Of a stretch of DNA of 64,000 nt, positions 25,567-37,705 are shown piece after piece; position 1 is the first letter of the stretch, and the number at the start of each line of letters is the position of its first letter. A program made the position numbers and the translations under genes. The DNA comes from Octopus vulgaris (lineage: Eukaryota): the NCBI GenBank assembly GCA_951406725.2, contig OX597820.1, forward strand, positions 36,146,001-36,210,000. Direction: 5' to 3'. Under the pieces are notes generated by a model that worked only from the letters and a program-made list of their open reading frames with translations, was not told where the DNA came from and did not search any database.

Positions 25567-25619
25567 CATTATCATCATCATCATTATTATTATTATTATT
25601 ATTAATATTATTATTATTA

Positions 25620-27007
25620 TTCTATGTTTGACTTTTGCTTTATGCCTGTACAAGTTGGCTCCAAGTCTCACCCAGAGACCTCAAGAGACAACAGGTTGGA
25701 AGTTCACGTTGTTGTTATGCCTAGTGTGCCATATATTTGGTTTTTTTTTTTTTTTTTGGTGTTGTATAAAATTTAAAAAAAAAAAAAGTTTGTTTTAAAC
25801 CTTGGGATTACATAGAGAATATTTTGCGTAGGATATGAGCAGTTCCCATGAACACTATCTTTTGAATTTCTGCCATTTTGGGGTTTCCTGGTATCTGAGT
25901 TAGGTAGCGATCAGCTCCTTTCGCTATCATTTCCAGGGCACCTATGACAACAGGTATTGTTTTAGTCTTCAGGTTCCACATTTTGCTGATTTCTATTTCA
26001 AGATCTTTATATTTGCTCAGTTTTTGGTAGGTCTTGACAGATACGTTTATATCGATTGGGACAGTCATATCAATGAGGAGGCATGTTCTTTGTCTGAAGT
26101 CTTTCAATATGATGTCTGGCCTATTTGCATCTATCTTTCTGTCAGTTTGAATGGTGAAGTTCCAGAGGAGTGAGATGTGTTCATTTTCAAGCACTGGAGG
26201 TGGATTGTGTTCCCACCAGTTTTTTTCATGGGGCAAATCCAGGTTTTTGTAAATTACCCAGTGAATATATTGTGCAGCTCTATCATGCCTGTTGTGGTAC
26301 TCTGTAGGCGCTAGAAGACTGCATTTGGAGACAACATGATCAATGGTTTCATTTTGTTGTCAGCATACACATGTTGGGCTACTGCCGTTCTTTAATATGT
26401 TGGCCTGGTAGTTTCTTGTTGGTAGGCATTGATCTTGAGCTGCTATGATAAACCCTTCTGTTTCAGACTTTAAGCCAGAGGCCATTAGCCATTGATGGGT
26501 CAGGACTTTGTCAATACCTGCATTATTCGCTCTCTTTTGGTATTTGCCATAGAGAGGTTTTTCTTGCCATTTATTATTCAGAATATCTAAGGCCGCAGTT
26601 TTGGCACGGGTTTTCATGCGCCTAGCTTTTTCTGTGCTTGTTTCTTGTATGTCTATCTCTAATTCCGAAATTTGTTCTATTCGGAATTCACTTAGATATT
26701 CCTTTGCCTGTTTTGTTACTGAGTATGATGCTTTCTTGTTTTCATGTTTTGAGACTAGTTTTAACATCCAGTCCTCAGACTTTTTCAGGTAGGTGTCTAG
26801 GCCAATTGTAGCAATCTTCCTTGTTATTGCCAGTTGCAAAAGACCACGGCCTCCCTCTTTTCTTGGCAGATAAAGTCGTTCTGTATCTGCCTTAGGGTGG
26901 TGCATTCTATGCATTGTCAACAGTTTTCTTATTTTTCTGTCGAGCTGACATATTTCAGTAATTGACCAGTTAACGATATTGAAACTGTAAGTCACGACTG
27001 GTATGGC
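25620..27007 (-). mobile_element. R4/Dong retrotransposon, 5'-truncated, with C-terminal CCHC and restriction-like endonuclease, inside TAA arrays
   Basis: RLYLPRKEGGRGL, LKSETEGFIIAAQDQ, ETIDHVVSKC, NRPDIILKD...IDMT..KYKDL, IPVVIGAL. (TAA)n on both sides. Confidence 0.93.
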
Positions 27008-27035
27008 TATTATTATTATTATTATTATTATTATT

Positions 27036-27073
<38 letters not shown>

Positions 27074-27093
27074 TATTATTATGATTATTATTA

Positions 27094-27158
<65 letters not shown>

Positions 27159-27708
27159 ATTATTATTATTATTATTATTATTATTATTTAGTGAGAGAGC
27201 AGCACATGCCCTGAAAGTGACACTGGGATGCAAATATATGAATCCCAGTGTACTATCATGACTACTCATCTGATAAGTTTGTACTAGACACATGCATCAC
27301 AACCATATGTGTGCAACATAGTGATCTTATATCAAGACAAACAGCACACGACCTTGCAGGTGGGGCCCAGTTAGAATTTTCTTCAGGTTGAGTAGCCCAT
27401 CTCAAAGGTCTCCGAATAAGGATTGTGTAAGGCTGATGAATGAAACACCATGTTTCTTGAGCTTAATTATTCAAATCTCAGAGAATCCCTTTCAACACAT
27501 GGTTATAATACCCCACTACCACCACCACTCCTGCTTGTAATCAGCCACTAAGGGACATGCTCAACTGATTAAGGTCAAACAAATAAGACAAGCAAATCTG
27601 CAGTATTGTACAGAATATTATTGTAATCCTTCTTTTACACCAAGACAAAGCATGTACATGGTAACCAGCTTAGATCAGAAGCCATGAGATCCACTTCCTG
27701 ATATTACA

Positions 27709-27747
<39 letters not shown>

Positions 27748-27789
27748 CATTATTATTATGATGATGATGATGAGGATGAGGATGCTAGT

Positions 27790-28380
27790 GCATGCTAATT
27801 TAGTTAGCAGGTATTTCATCTTGAAATTTAGCGACAACAAGTCTTCTCAAACTCCAAGAATCTTCCATAGGATTCTTGCAGAATATAGGGTGGTACTTTT
27901 CTGCAGGTCAACAATGCGAGTTTCAATTCTAATCTCTTTCAGTCTTTTAGGTAGCATTTTGAGAGTTGTGCCAAGTACACCATTTACTACAGGAATAATT
28001 GTTGTCTCAGTCTTTCACAGTCTCCTCAGTTTTCTGACTAAATCCTAATATTTCTCAAGTTTTTCAATTTCCTTGGTATTGACTCTTCCATGACAGGGAA
28101 TTGCAAAGTCAATGATCTTACACCACTTGTTTATTTTGTCCTCTATAATCATATCTGGTCTTCTTGCTTCAATAATAAAGTCAGTCTTTATGGCGAAGAC
28201 CCACAATATCCTGTAATTATTTTCTATCACACCTATGCTTTGTGTTCTGTTATTTTGAAACCACACTCTCAGCTAATATCCCAATGTATTCTTTTGCCTA
28301 CACAGTCATGCCAATGCTTATGCTCTTTTCATGCTAGCATACTGCACTCACTCAAAAGATGATTGATTCCTTTGTCTCCT
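27790..28380 (-). mobile_element. Older R4/Dong endonuclease fragment
   Basis: IEARRPDMII..KIIDFAIP..KEIEKLEKY. Confidence 0.8.
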
Positions 28381-28845
28381 TTCCGTCTGAACAAAACGCC
28401 ATCAGACTTATGTGAGCATGGAGAGGTAAATGTTAAAAACAATGATGATGATGGTGATGATGCATGTGTGAACATATATCTGTGTATGTGACTTTTCCAT
28501 TACAAATATATGTCAATGAATTATATTGTTTTCATTTTTCCAGCAATTACAGGAAACATGTTTCACTCTTGTATAGTCTTCTTAGCAAAACCTGTCAAGA
28601 GTTGTCTCTTACTATTTGGTAAAATGGAAATAGTATTTAGTCATTGGCTGTTCTTTCCTTTTCCATACTTACTGAATATTTATTTCCAGTTAGGTTGTTA
28701 ATGCCGTCTTTGCTAAATACACCAACACCAATCTCACTATTGTTTTACATGTGAAAGGTATCTCTAAATCATAGATATAATAGCCAAACTACTATTGTTA
28801 TTGAGCTGTTTGAATTTTGTTATCCTGTATTTGCGGTATCTGCAG

Positions 28846-28988
28846 AGCAAGGAAACACAGGCTGAAACATTAAAGCGACTTGAGGTGGCCAAAGCGCACA
28901 ATATGGAAGCTAAAAGACTTACTGACGAGGAGAGAAAAAATATAAAAAGAAACATCAAAGATATGTACGAAGAACTTGAAACACTCAG
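28846..28988 (+). CDS. CCDC178: CCDC178-like exon 5
   Basis: tgcag|agc...ctc ag|gtaagt. SKETQAETLKRLEVAK...YEELETL. Phase 0/2. Confidence 0.85.
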
Positions 28989-29699
28989 GTAAGTGATGGT
29001 GGTGGTTGCAGTGGTTCTTGCTGCTGCTGTTTTTGTTTTGTTGCTGTTGTTGTTTTGCTGCTATTGATGTAGTTGTTGTTGATGTTGTTGTTATTGCAGT
29101 TGTTGTTGCTGTTGATGTAGTCGTTGTGGTGGCAGTTAATGTGGTCGTTGTCGTTGTGGTGTTTGTTGTGATTGTTCTTGTGTTTGTAGTTGTTGTGGTG
29201 GCTCTGGTCTTTGTGCTTGTTGTTGTTGTTGTTGTTGTTAACTCACCCAAGGGTTAGCCTTGTTACCACTCCAATCATGACCATCTTGCCTTACATTCAA
29301 TTTTTTCGGGTACAGTGCATCTAAAATTGCAGTATAAAATCTATCCTTCCTTTTCTCACGATGGCAGTGAGTTATTTGAAGAGATTTGCCTGTTATTTCA
29401 ATCAGGCTAAGAGACCATACAGTGGTTCTTGTATTCACTTATCATGTAAGTAATAAACTTGGAGGTAGATTTAATCCATCCTGATCCAGTTTAAAACCCT
29501 CAGTTGGCCCTTGGCTGTCATTAACTGAGTCCACCGCTTTATGGTAAGTATTTTAACCCTGTCTCTGGTCTGGGAATATCTTGGTGTGTTGCTGCTTCCT
29601 ACTGTTGTTACTCATGAGTTGTGGTTTGTTTCCTTCCTTTCTTCTTCCCAACAATCTTTCAAGCCCATAAAATCTCATGAGCTCTGCCTTTTCTCTTAA

Positions 29700-29970
29700 G
29701 TTAAATTATGTCTCATGCCTAAAGGCATATTAAAGTCTGTCTCAGACCTATAGGCTTATCAAAATCTATCTTGGATCTACATGCTTGTCAAATTCTGCCT
29801 AAGACCTATGGGTTCATTAAAGTTTGTCTTGAACCTAGGAGCTTATTAAAGTCTAGTATAAGTCCACAGGGCTTATCAAAGGATGTCTCAAACCTACAGA
29901 CTCCTTAAAGTCTGTATCAGGCCTACAGGTTTATTAAAGACTGTCTTAGGCTTACAGGCTTATCAAATCA
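29700..29970. repeat. ~29-bp minisatellite, about 9 degenerate copies
   Basis: Unit approximately ttaaagtctgtctcagacctataggctta. Confidence 0.8.
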
Positions 29971-29998
29971 GTGCTTAAGTCAGTTTCCATGGCATACA

Positions 29999-30841
29999 CA
30001 AGGTGTTTGGGCTAAATTTGAGAGTTTTCACAAAAGGAAAAGAAAATACAAAAAGTAAAATAATTTTAAAAAATCAAAATATATGAATTTGATTGTAGCT
30101 TGTAGATAACAATTTATTCAAAGTAGCTACCCTCAGATTCCATCACACACTCAAAACAGCTTTGGAACCTAGTATATGTATTCCTCATTGTGTCTGTAAG
30201 AAGATTTTCAAACAAGCAGTTGGTGTCTTTCTCATCCATGCATCACACGAAGTAATCCATGGGATTACAATTCGAAGAATTAGGAGGTCAGAAATTGGGG
30301 TTGCAGAAATTGAAGAAATTCTCTGTCACCCACTTCTGACTCTTTCCAGGGCTATGACAAGGAACTGAATCCCGCTGCCACACATATAGCCTTCCAGCAG
30401 CAACCCAGTGATTGACCATAGTCTGCAACAGCTTCACCTAACCATCTGAATTGAGCCTAAGGCCATGTTCAAAGACATGGGATGAAATACGGTGTACACA
30501 CACAGTCAGAATGCCTGCTGTATCCCTTCCTGCTAGCCACTGTCTCATAGTCTCCATTGCAGCTGTCTGTGTCACATCTTACTGCCTTTATGGCATTCAC
30601 AGAGCATTGAGCATAAGCCATTATGTTGGCGTTCTAATACCTGGCTTGAATCATCATGATGTAGATAACTCTTTTCTAATATTAAGATGCCTTCCAGTCT
30701 TCCTTGTCAGCTAAGCTTTTCTCAACTACAAATTTAATCTTTCTGCTCTCCTCCAATACCTTTGACTGTTCACCAATTCATCAAGCTGTTTCTGTAAAAA
30801 GGAAACACAAAAGAATCACCAAATTTAGCCCAAATACCATG
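29999..30841 (-). mobile_element. Deleted Tc1/mariner element (maT/DD37D-like)
   Basis: TIRs caaggtgtttgggctaaatttg / caaatttagcccaaataccatg. The reverse strand has PPNSSNCNPMDYF and CVMESEGSY remnants. Confidence 0.75.
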
Positions 30842-31058
30842 TAATTGACTGAGAGTACAAGACTTCCCTCTCAGTGGGGAGAGGGACATCTGCATGGTCA
30901 TACCCAAGCTACTGATGGTAATCATTTCGGCTGAGTGTACTGGAGCAATGTGAAATGAAGTGCCCTCTCTGAAGGTACACCCTGCTACATGGTTCACATG
31001 ACTTTATAATCATGAAGTCAATACCCTTAACATTGAATAACTTTCATAATGAGTCATA

Positions 31059-31096
<38 letters not shown>

Positions 31097-31102
<6 letters not shown>

Positions 31103-34100
31103 GGAAATGAAGAAAATGCTGACAAAATAATTTAAGTAAGGGAGAGTGTTTTTAATTAGGTGAAAGTTCTTTTTACCGGTTGCGCATTTGTTATGCTTAT
31201 CAAAAGATATTTTTTAAGAGAGATAGAGTTCCTTTCTGATAGATTTTTTCTCTTATCTGACTTTATGTTGGGTTTACTGTCTCTTATATGTGAAAAAAGA
31301 GGCTCTAGAGTTGTTTAAGATTTGCTTGGTTTCGCGCCTAAAATTTCTTGTGGACAATGGTCAATACAATTTTGATTGGTCATTATAAAGGGGTCACGTG
31401 AATGTTTGAATGGAAGTTGGTGTTGGGGTAAGAAAATAGGCTCCAGAGATGTTAAAATTTGGCTAGTGTCGCGCCTAAAATTTCTTATTGGTCATAATAA
31501 AGAGGTCACGTGGATGTGGTCATAATAGAGAGGTCACGTGAATGTTTAGAGTGAATGTTGATGTGGGTGGTGTATGGAGTTTTCGAAAATAGCTTTGTTG
31601 AAAATTCTTATTGTTCAGGCTGGTCAGTAGACGTCATGTGGATATTTTAAATAGCTTTTTAGCTAGTTAAGGAGTGTATTTTCTGCTTGACTGAATTTGA
31701 GCTGGATAAGTAAGTTCGTTTAGGACAGGAAGAGCTATATGTATGTATGTGTGCGCGTGTGCGTCTGCGTGTGTGTGTGTGTTTATATGTATGTTGGGGC
31801 GCGCGCGTGTATATATGTGTGCGTGTGTGGGTACAATTTTCAATATTTATAGTTCTGCTGGCCTTGTGCCTGTATCCGGGAAGCAACGTGTTTGTGTGAA
31901 GTCAATATTTACAGTCCTTTCCAAAAATAGTGTTGGATGTTTTGCACCCGTATCAAATTATGTGTATGTGTGGAACCATATATTTGCGTGTGTCATGGTG
32001 TTAATATCTGGGTAAAAGTGTGTGTAGGGTGTGTGCAGGTGTAAGTGTGTTTGTTGTGGGTTCGTGTTAGAGGGATGTATTTAGAAGTGGTCTGTATTTA
32101 TTAATAAGGTGGGATTCCATGGTTATTCGCTGGGTATGAGTGGCATTGTCTTTAAATTTGTAGAGGGGAAAGATTCTAAAATTGGGATGAAGTTGTGCGG
32201 CACAGGTATCAATTTGTGCACTAAGTGCTATTTTTCTGTATTCCTGTATTTTTATTTGGGATCTGTGGACAGTCATGCGTTGGCGGAGGCTATTTTTAGT
32301 TTGGCCTATGTAGTGTCCATTACAGCCCGAGCAAGTTAAGACATATACTAGGTTTTCTGATGCGCATGTGAAGTTGTGTTTTACTGTGAAACGTTGTCCT
32401 TGTTTAAAAAGGAATTCCAGACCTTCTATTAGGTTGATGCATATACCACAGTTGGGTCTATTGCATTTGTTTACTGTGGGTTTAGTTGTTGTGGTTGGCA
32501 GTACTTTGGCATTTGTTAGGATGGTTTTCAATGATTTGGGTTGCCTTTTGCTCTTTATGATTTTGTGTGTTAGGAGGATTTGGTTCATTCTATGGTCCTT
32601 TTTTAATACAGGAATGTTCTGGAGGATGGTGTCAAAAGCTTCATTGTTGAGGGGGTTGTGTGTAGAGATGTATGGTAGAGTATAGGGTTTCGATGTAGCA
32701 GGTTTAGGGCGTCTAAGTTCCTGTGTGCTGAGTTTTAGGGCGCGTTGGATCCCATTGTCAATTAGTGACGTGGGGTAATCCCTGCTTGTTAATGTGTCCT
32801 TAAGTTCTTGTAGACGTAAGAGACAGGTGTTTTTATTGGAGACTATAGTGCAAATTCTCTTGGCTAAGTTGTAGGGAATGTTAATTTTAACGTGTCTAGG
32901 GTGGCATGAATTGAAAGGGAGGTATTGCTTGGAGTCTGTGGGCTTGTAGTATATGTCTGTTTCTATTTTTTTGTTGTGAATTTTAATGAGGATGTCGAGG
33001 AAGGGAATTTGTTGAGGGCTGTATTCCATTGTGAAAATAATGTTTGTGTTGAGCCCATTTATAAGGGTGTGAAATTCTTTAAGCTTCTCGACGGTTTCGG
33101 GCCAAAGGATGAAGCAGTCATCAAGATATCTCTTCCAGTTCTTCTCTATGTGTGTGTGGAGAGTGGTGCCAAATTGGTTAAGAACGTTATTATAGAGGGT
33201 GATTTCCAGGTATCCCATGACTAGGTTGGCGTAAGTGGGAGCTGTTTTCGTTCCCATTGCTGTCCCTGATTTCTGTCTGTAGAATTTGTTGTTGAAGGAG
33301 AAGAAATTATTCTCTAAGATGAATTTGAGTCCTTCTAAAATAAATTCCTTTTTGATGTGGTGTGGGAGTTCGTTGGAGTAATTATCCAGCCAGAATTGGA
33401 TAGCTTCTATTCCTAGGTTGTGGCGGATGTTGGAGTAAAGATTAACTACATCGAATGTTACTAGCAGGGTTTGTTCAGCAAGAAGTGTGTTGGGGAGGTG
33501 GTTGAGCATATCTAGATCGTCCCTTATGTAGCTTTTAATGTGTTTGAGGAAGGGCTTGAGAAGGGTATCAATGAAGTTGCTAAGGCGGTGGGTTTCGCAA
33601 GCGGGACCTGCTATTATAGGTCTCAATTTGAGGTCATTTGGTGAGGGGACATTGATTACAGAGTTTGTGGCTTCCTTGCATGCCTTACTTATTAATTCGC
33701 TTTTATGAATTTTGGGAATACCGTAGAAGAGGCTGGCTTTACTAGTGAAATTTGTGATGAAGTTGAATTCTTTGTTAGTGAGTTCTTCTTTGTGGGGGTT
33801 GATCAGGGTTTTTAAGTTTCTCATAATTTTCTGTTGATTGTAGTGTTCAGCCTTTTCGTAATATGTTCCATTTTCCAAGGTGGAGAGTGCTAAGTTGATA
33901 TAGTATTCTGTCTCCATTAAGACTACTGCACTTCCTTTATCGGCCTCTTTAATGGTGAAAGATCTTTCATTTTTTAATTTGTTTAATTCTTCCCACTCTT
34001 TCTTGTTGAGGTTTGGTTTGGGTTTTGGTTTGTGTAAGTGTTGGTAGGGGAAGTTTGTAATGTGCTCACAGAATTCGTCTAGGATTTTATTTCTACCTTT

Positions 34101-34520
34101 TGGTGGGGTGTAGTTGCTTTTATTTCTAGCTAGTGACTCATCTTCATTGTGCTGGTCGAATAGTTCCTCACTAAGTCGCAATTTTCTACAAAATTCTGTA
34201 ATGTCTTCCTTCATTTCGTAGTAGTTTGGACGTGGGGGGGTTGGTGTGAATTTAAGACCTTTGGAGAGTAAGTTGAGAAGGTTGGGGTTGGGTTCTGTAT
34301 TGGTTAAATTGATGACTTTAATTAGTTTCTGTTTCTCTTCCCTGTCCTGTGTTATTTTGTTTGCCTGTATCTGTGTGCTGTGTCTAAAAAATGGTTGGGG
34401 TAGAGGGGTTGTCTGTTGGTGTTAAGAGGTCCTGTGTGTTTGTTATATTCCTTGTTGTGAAATATGGTTCAGGTTCGTGGTTGTGGATAGAATGGGGTGT
34501 TCCTGTATTGCGGGTGTTGG
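31097..34520 (-). mobile_element. Penelope-like retroelement (Neptune-like), bounded by (TA)n/(CA)n
   Basis: RT+GIY-YIG ORF, a 3' region with tandem gtcacgtg repeats, and a degenerate hammerhead-like motif near 31168-31208. Confidence 0.9.
32067..34214 (-). CDS. Penelope-like reverse transcriptase / GIY-YIG endonuclease (715 aa from first Met; frame open upstream to ~34420)
   Basis: VINLT..LSKGLKFTPT upstream. IKEADKG, LRPII, FDVVNLYSNI, GTAMG, RYLDD, FLD, CNRPNCGIC linker, LVYVLTC..HYIGQT..RM. Confidence 0.95.
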   Translation of the reverse strand: MKEDITEFCRKLRLSEELFDQHNEDESLARNKSNYTPPKGRNKILDEFCEHITNFPYQHLHKPKPKPNLNKKEWEELNKLKNERSFTIKEADKGSAVVLMETEYYINLALSTLENGTYYEKAEHYNQQKIMRNLKTLINPHKEELTNKEFNFITNFTSKASLFYGIPKIHKSELISKACKEATNSVINVPSPNDLKLRPIIAGPACETHRLSNFIDTLLKPFLKHIKSYIRDDLDMLNHLPNTLLAEQTLLVTFDVVNLYSNIRHNLGIEAIQFWLDNYSNELPHHIKKEFILEGLKFILENNFFSFNNKFYRQKSGTAMGTKTAPTYANLVMGYLEITLYNNVLNQFGTTLHTHIEKNWKRYLDDCFILWPETVEKLKEFHTLINGLNTNIIFTMEYSPQQIPFLDILIKIHNKKIETDIYYKPTDSKQYLPFNSCHPRHVKINIPYNLAKRICTIVSNKNTCLLRLQELKDTLTSRDYPTSLIDNGIQRALKLSTQELRRPKPATSKPYTLPYISTHNPLNNEAFDTILQNIPVLKKDHRMNQILLTHKIIKSKRQPKSLKTILTNAKVLPTTTTKPTVNKCNRPNCGICINLIEGLEFLFKQGQRFTVKHNFTCASENLVYVLTCSGCNGHYIGQTKNSLRQRMTVHRSQIKIQEYRKIALSAQIDTCAAQLHPNFRIFPLYKFKDNATHTQRITMESHLINKYRPLLNTSL

Positions 34521-34529
34521 TGTGTATAA

Positions 34530-34615
<86 letters not shown>

Positions 34616-34631
34616 TATGCATGTATGTATG

Positions 34632-34668
<37 letters not shown>

Positions 34669-34731
34669 TTATATATGGCTCACTATGAAGGTTATTTCAG
34701 GTTTGTTTATAAAAATATTATTTATGTAGTT

Positions 34732-34803
<72 letters not shown>

Positions 34804-35319
34804 AAAGTAAGATAGGGGTTATGGGTGTAACCCAATATGGGATATCATTTATCCAATATACTGTTGGTAAAGTACCCAAATTCTTAATACATAAATGTCT
34901 TTAATTGCAATGCAATTAAGTCATTTATTGTATTAAACGGGTGAAAGTAAAGAAATATTTTTACCATAAATTTATAATACAAATAAGAAAATGGAGAAAC
35001 AAATTTGGTTTGTTCATCAACTTACGGATATTATAATATTGGATTATTTATTCATTTTACAAATGAGAACATCAAAAGGCATACAAAAATATTATATAAA
35101 TCAATAGATAAGATAATAATACAAATAAGATTTTAAAAGTCATAGTATAAATTAATGAAATCCTAAAAATTACTTCTTACAGCTGTTTCAGCCTATGGTG
35201 AAAAGTAAATCTAATTTTCATTGCCTATAGATGTCAACAAACTAAGGTTGTAGGCATTTAAAAAAATATAATACTTATAAGTATGATACACATCTATTTT
35301 TTTTTTTTTTGATTTACAG

Positions 35320-35473
35320 AAAATCAGTGAAGATCGCTGCAGAGAGCAATGTACAGATGAAAAAGGAAATCATTGAGACTAAACAGAACATCAGGGATAA
35401 TGAAGAGATGAAAACTGTGTTTGAAGTGAAGATAGATAACTATAGGTCTAGTCTGCAGATCCTCAACATGGAG
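35320..35473 (+). CDS. CCDC178: CCDC178-like exon 6
   Basis: ttacag|a aaa tca...atg gag|gtttga. KSVKIAAESNVQMKKEIIETK. Phase 2/0. Confidence 0.85.
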
Positions 35474-35561
35474 GTTTGAAAATTATATCAATATTTCTGA
35501 CTCCTAGGCAGTGAGCTGGCAGAATTGTTTGCATGCCAGACAAAATGCTTTATGGCATTTC

Positions 35562-35618
<57 letters not shown>

Positions 35619-36119
35619 TCCCCCCTCTCTCTCCCATGCCAGAATCTGAAGATCCATGGATTTTCATGGGAAAGATTCAGCAGTAAGTTTTCTGTTGCCT
35701 CTTGCTGGTTTATTTATAATGTATTCTGTCAGTCTCCTACTCCCTTTAGCTAACCTTTTAGGTATTTAACCTTTAGACATGGGGACTGGTTTATGTGGCA
35801 TTAGAACATGCCCATGCACTGGTTTGCTTGTGTGACAGATGTTTTAGGACCAGTTATCCCGTGAGTTCTGTATGCATTAGTCACCGGCCCATCTTCTAAT
35901 GTCTGACCCACAATTGGAGCCTTTGACATATACTATCACCTTAAACCAAAGCAAACTCCATACTCTCCCAAAATCCTGAAATCCTGAACTGGAGCCTCAC
36001 CACCAAATGCAAATTAATCCTTTTAATACCAACCACCTTGAGATCATCCTGGATTTATCATACAAATTTCATGTTTTAAAGTGATTTAAATGAGTATTTA
36101 GTGGGTAAACTTCTGTTTA

Positions 36120-36945
36120 TGGAGCTATAGCAAAGAACAAACCAAATTTCAATTAGGGAGCAAATATTTAAGAAAAAGTGGAAGTAGATTGGTAGCACAA
36201 TTAGAAAAGACACACCAAAATGTAACGAAAAGTGCTTTACAGTGGAATCCGGATGGATATAGAAAGAAAGGTAGGCCTAAGAACTTGTGGCGTAGATCAA
36301 CACAAAAGGAACTAGAGAAAGGGAGACATTCATGGCAGAGTATAAGTACAGAAGTGAAAAATTATGCGACATGGAATTCAATTATAAGTGGCCTATACTC
36401 CACGTTGGAGGGTTAAAGGCAGAAAAAAAAACTTCTGTTCTAGTAGATAGTGCCCTATGTTGTAGCCTGCTACATCTTGTAATCCCTTATATGTGTCATC
36501 TCCTACATTTTGTAATCATCTATATGCTATTGTCCAGAACCCTATATATTGTATTAAGGACGGATAGAAAACTAAATACATTCCATCAAATGTGCCTCAG
36601 AAAGATCCTGGGGTTTGTTTGATGTGACTGTGTCAAAAATGAGATTCTGAGAAGAGTAAGGTCATGACTAATGCAAGAGATTGCAGCAGAGTGCTGATTC
36701 CACCCGGCTGGCCACATTCTCTTGCTAGCTGGTCAACAGCACTCAGAAACATCCATGACTTGTGTGCCACCTGAAAACATGCATAAAAGGGGCTGGTCAA
36801 AGTTCACTTGGTGATTGACGTTTCAAGATGGCCTGAAGACAGTCAAGGTCATGTGAAATAGATGTGCAAGAATAGTAGCTGATTGATTCCACTGAAGAAA
36901 ACTTGCAGCTCAATGCACTGAGAAGCACAGAAGGACCTACAACAC
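36120..36945 (+). mobile_element. Two decayed RTE-type LINE 3' fragments
   Basis: ALQWNPDGYRKKGRPKNLWRR and KLNTFHQMCLRKILG. Confidence 0.7.
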
Positions 36946-37393
36946 ACACTGCCTCATACTACTCCACACTGCCACTAAACACTGTCAACAAACTACACTA
37001 CTATACGCCAGATTACTACACCTCACACACTAGAATTCTTCCCTTTATATATATATATTCACAAAGTAGAGTAATCATCCAACACCACTCCAGACTAGAC
37101 TTTTACACAAAACTCCAAACTAGTACACACCACCAGTACTACCGTCACTGCCATCTCCACAAGTATCATTATCATCATCATCGTCATCATCCTCCCCCCC
37201 ACCACCACCACAACAACAACAACAAAACCATGTATGACTACTGTTGACACAATTGCCATTATCATTTTCATAATCGTCACTCTGCTACTGTCACCATCAC
37301 CACTATTATCATCATCATCATCCCAACCACCAACCACCAACCACCACCACCACCACCACCACAACTGTCACTAACTACTACTGCTACTTCTAA

Positions 37394-37394
<1 letters not shown>

Positions 37395-37455
<61 letters not shown>

Positions 37456-37480
37456 ACAATCTATCTATTTATATATCTAA

Positions 37481-37563
<83 letters not shown>

Positions 37564-37600
37564 ACTATCTATCTATTTATATATCTAACTATCTATCTAT
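37395..37600. repeat. (TATC)n microsatellite abutting a splice acceptor
   Basis: Directly visible. Confidence 0.97.
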
Positions 37601-37609
37601 TCTCAACAG

Positions 37610-37705
37610 TACAAGGAGCTAACCCAGAGATTGAATTCACAAGTGAAGACAAATAATCAACTTAAGAAAGAAAACGCTAAATTACAGAAAACTCTACAAA
37701 TAAGG
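37610..37705 (+). CDS. CCDC178: CCDC178-like exon 7
   Basis: caacag|tac aag...ata agg|gttagt. 96 nt, phase 0/0. Confidence 0.85.

Noticed and set aside
1-27007. The Dong piece at 1-2230 and the piece at 25620-27007 as two halves of one element
   Set aside because: The order is wrong for a single - strand element and the overlapping residues differ (LAVPV vs AIPVV). They are separate insertions.
29700-29970. Regular ~29-bp repeats as a CRISPR array
   Set aside because: Head-to-tail degenerate units without spacers: a minisatellite.
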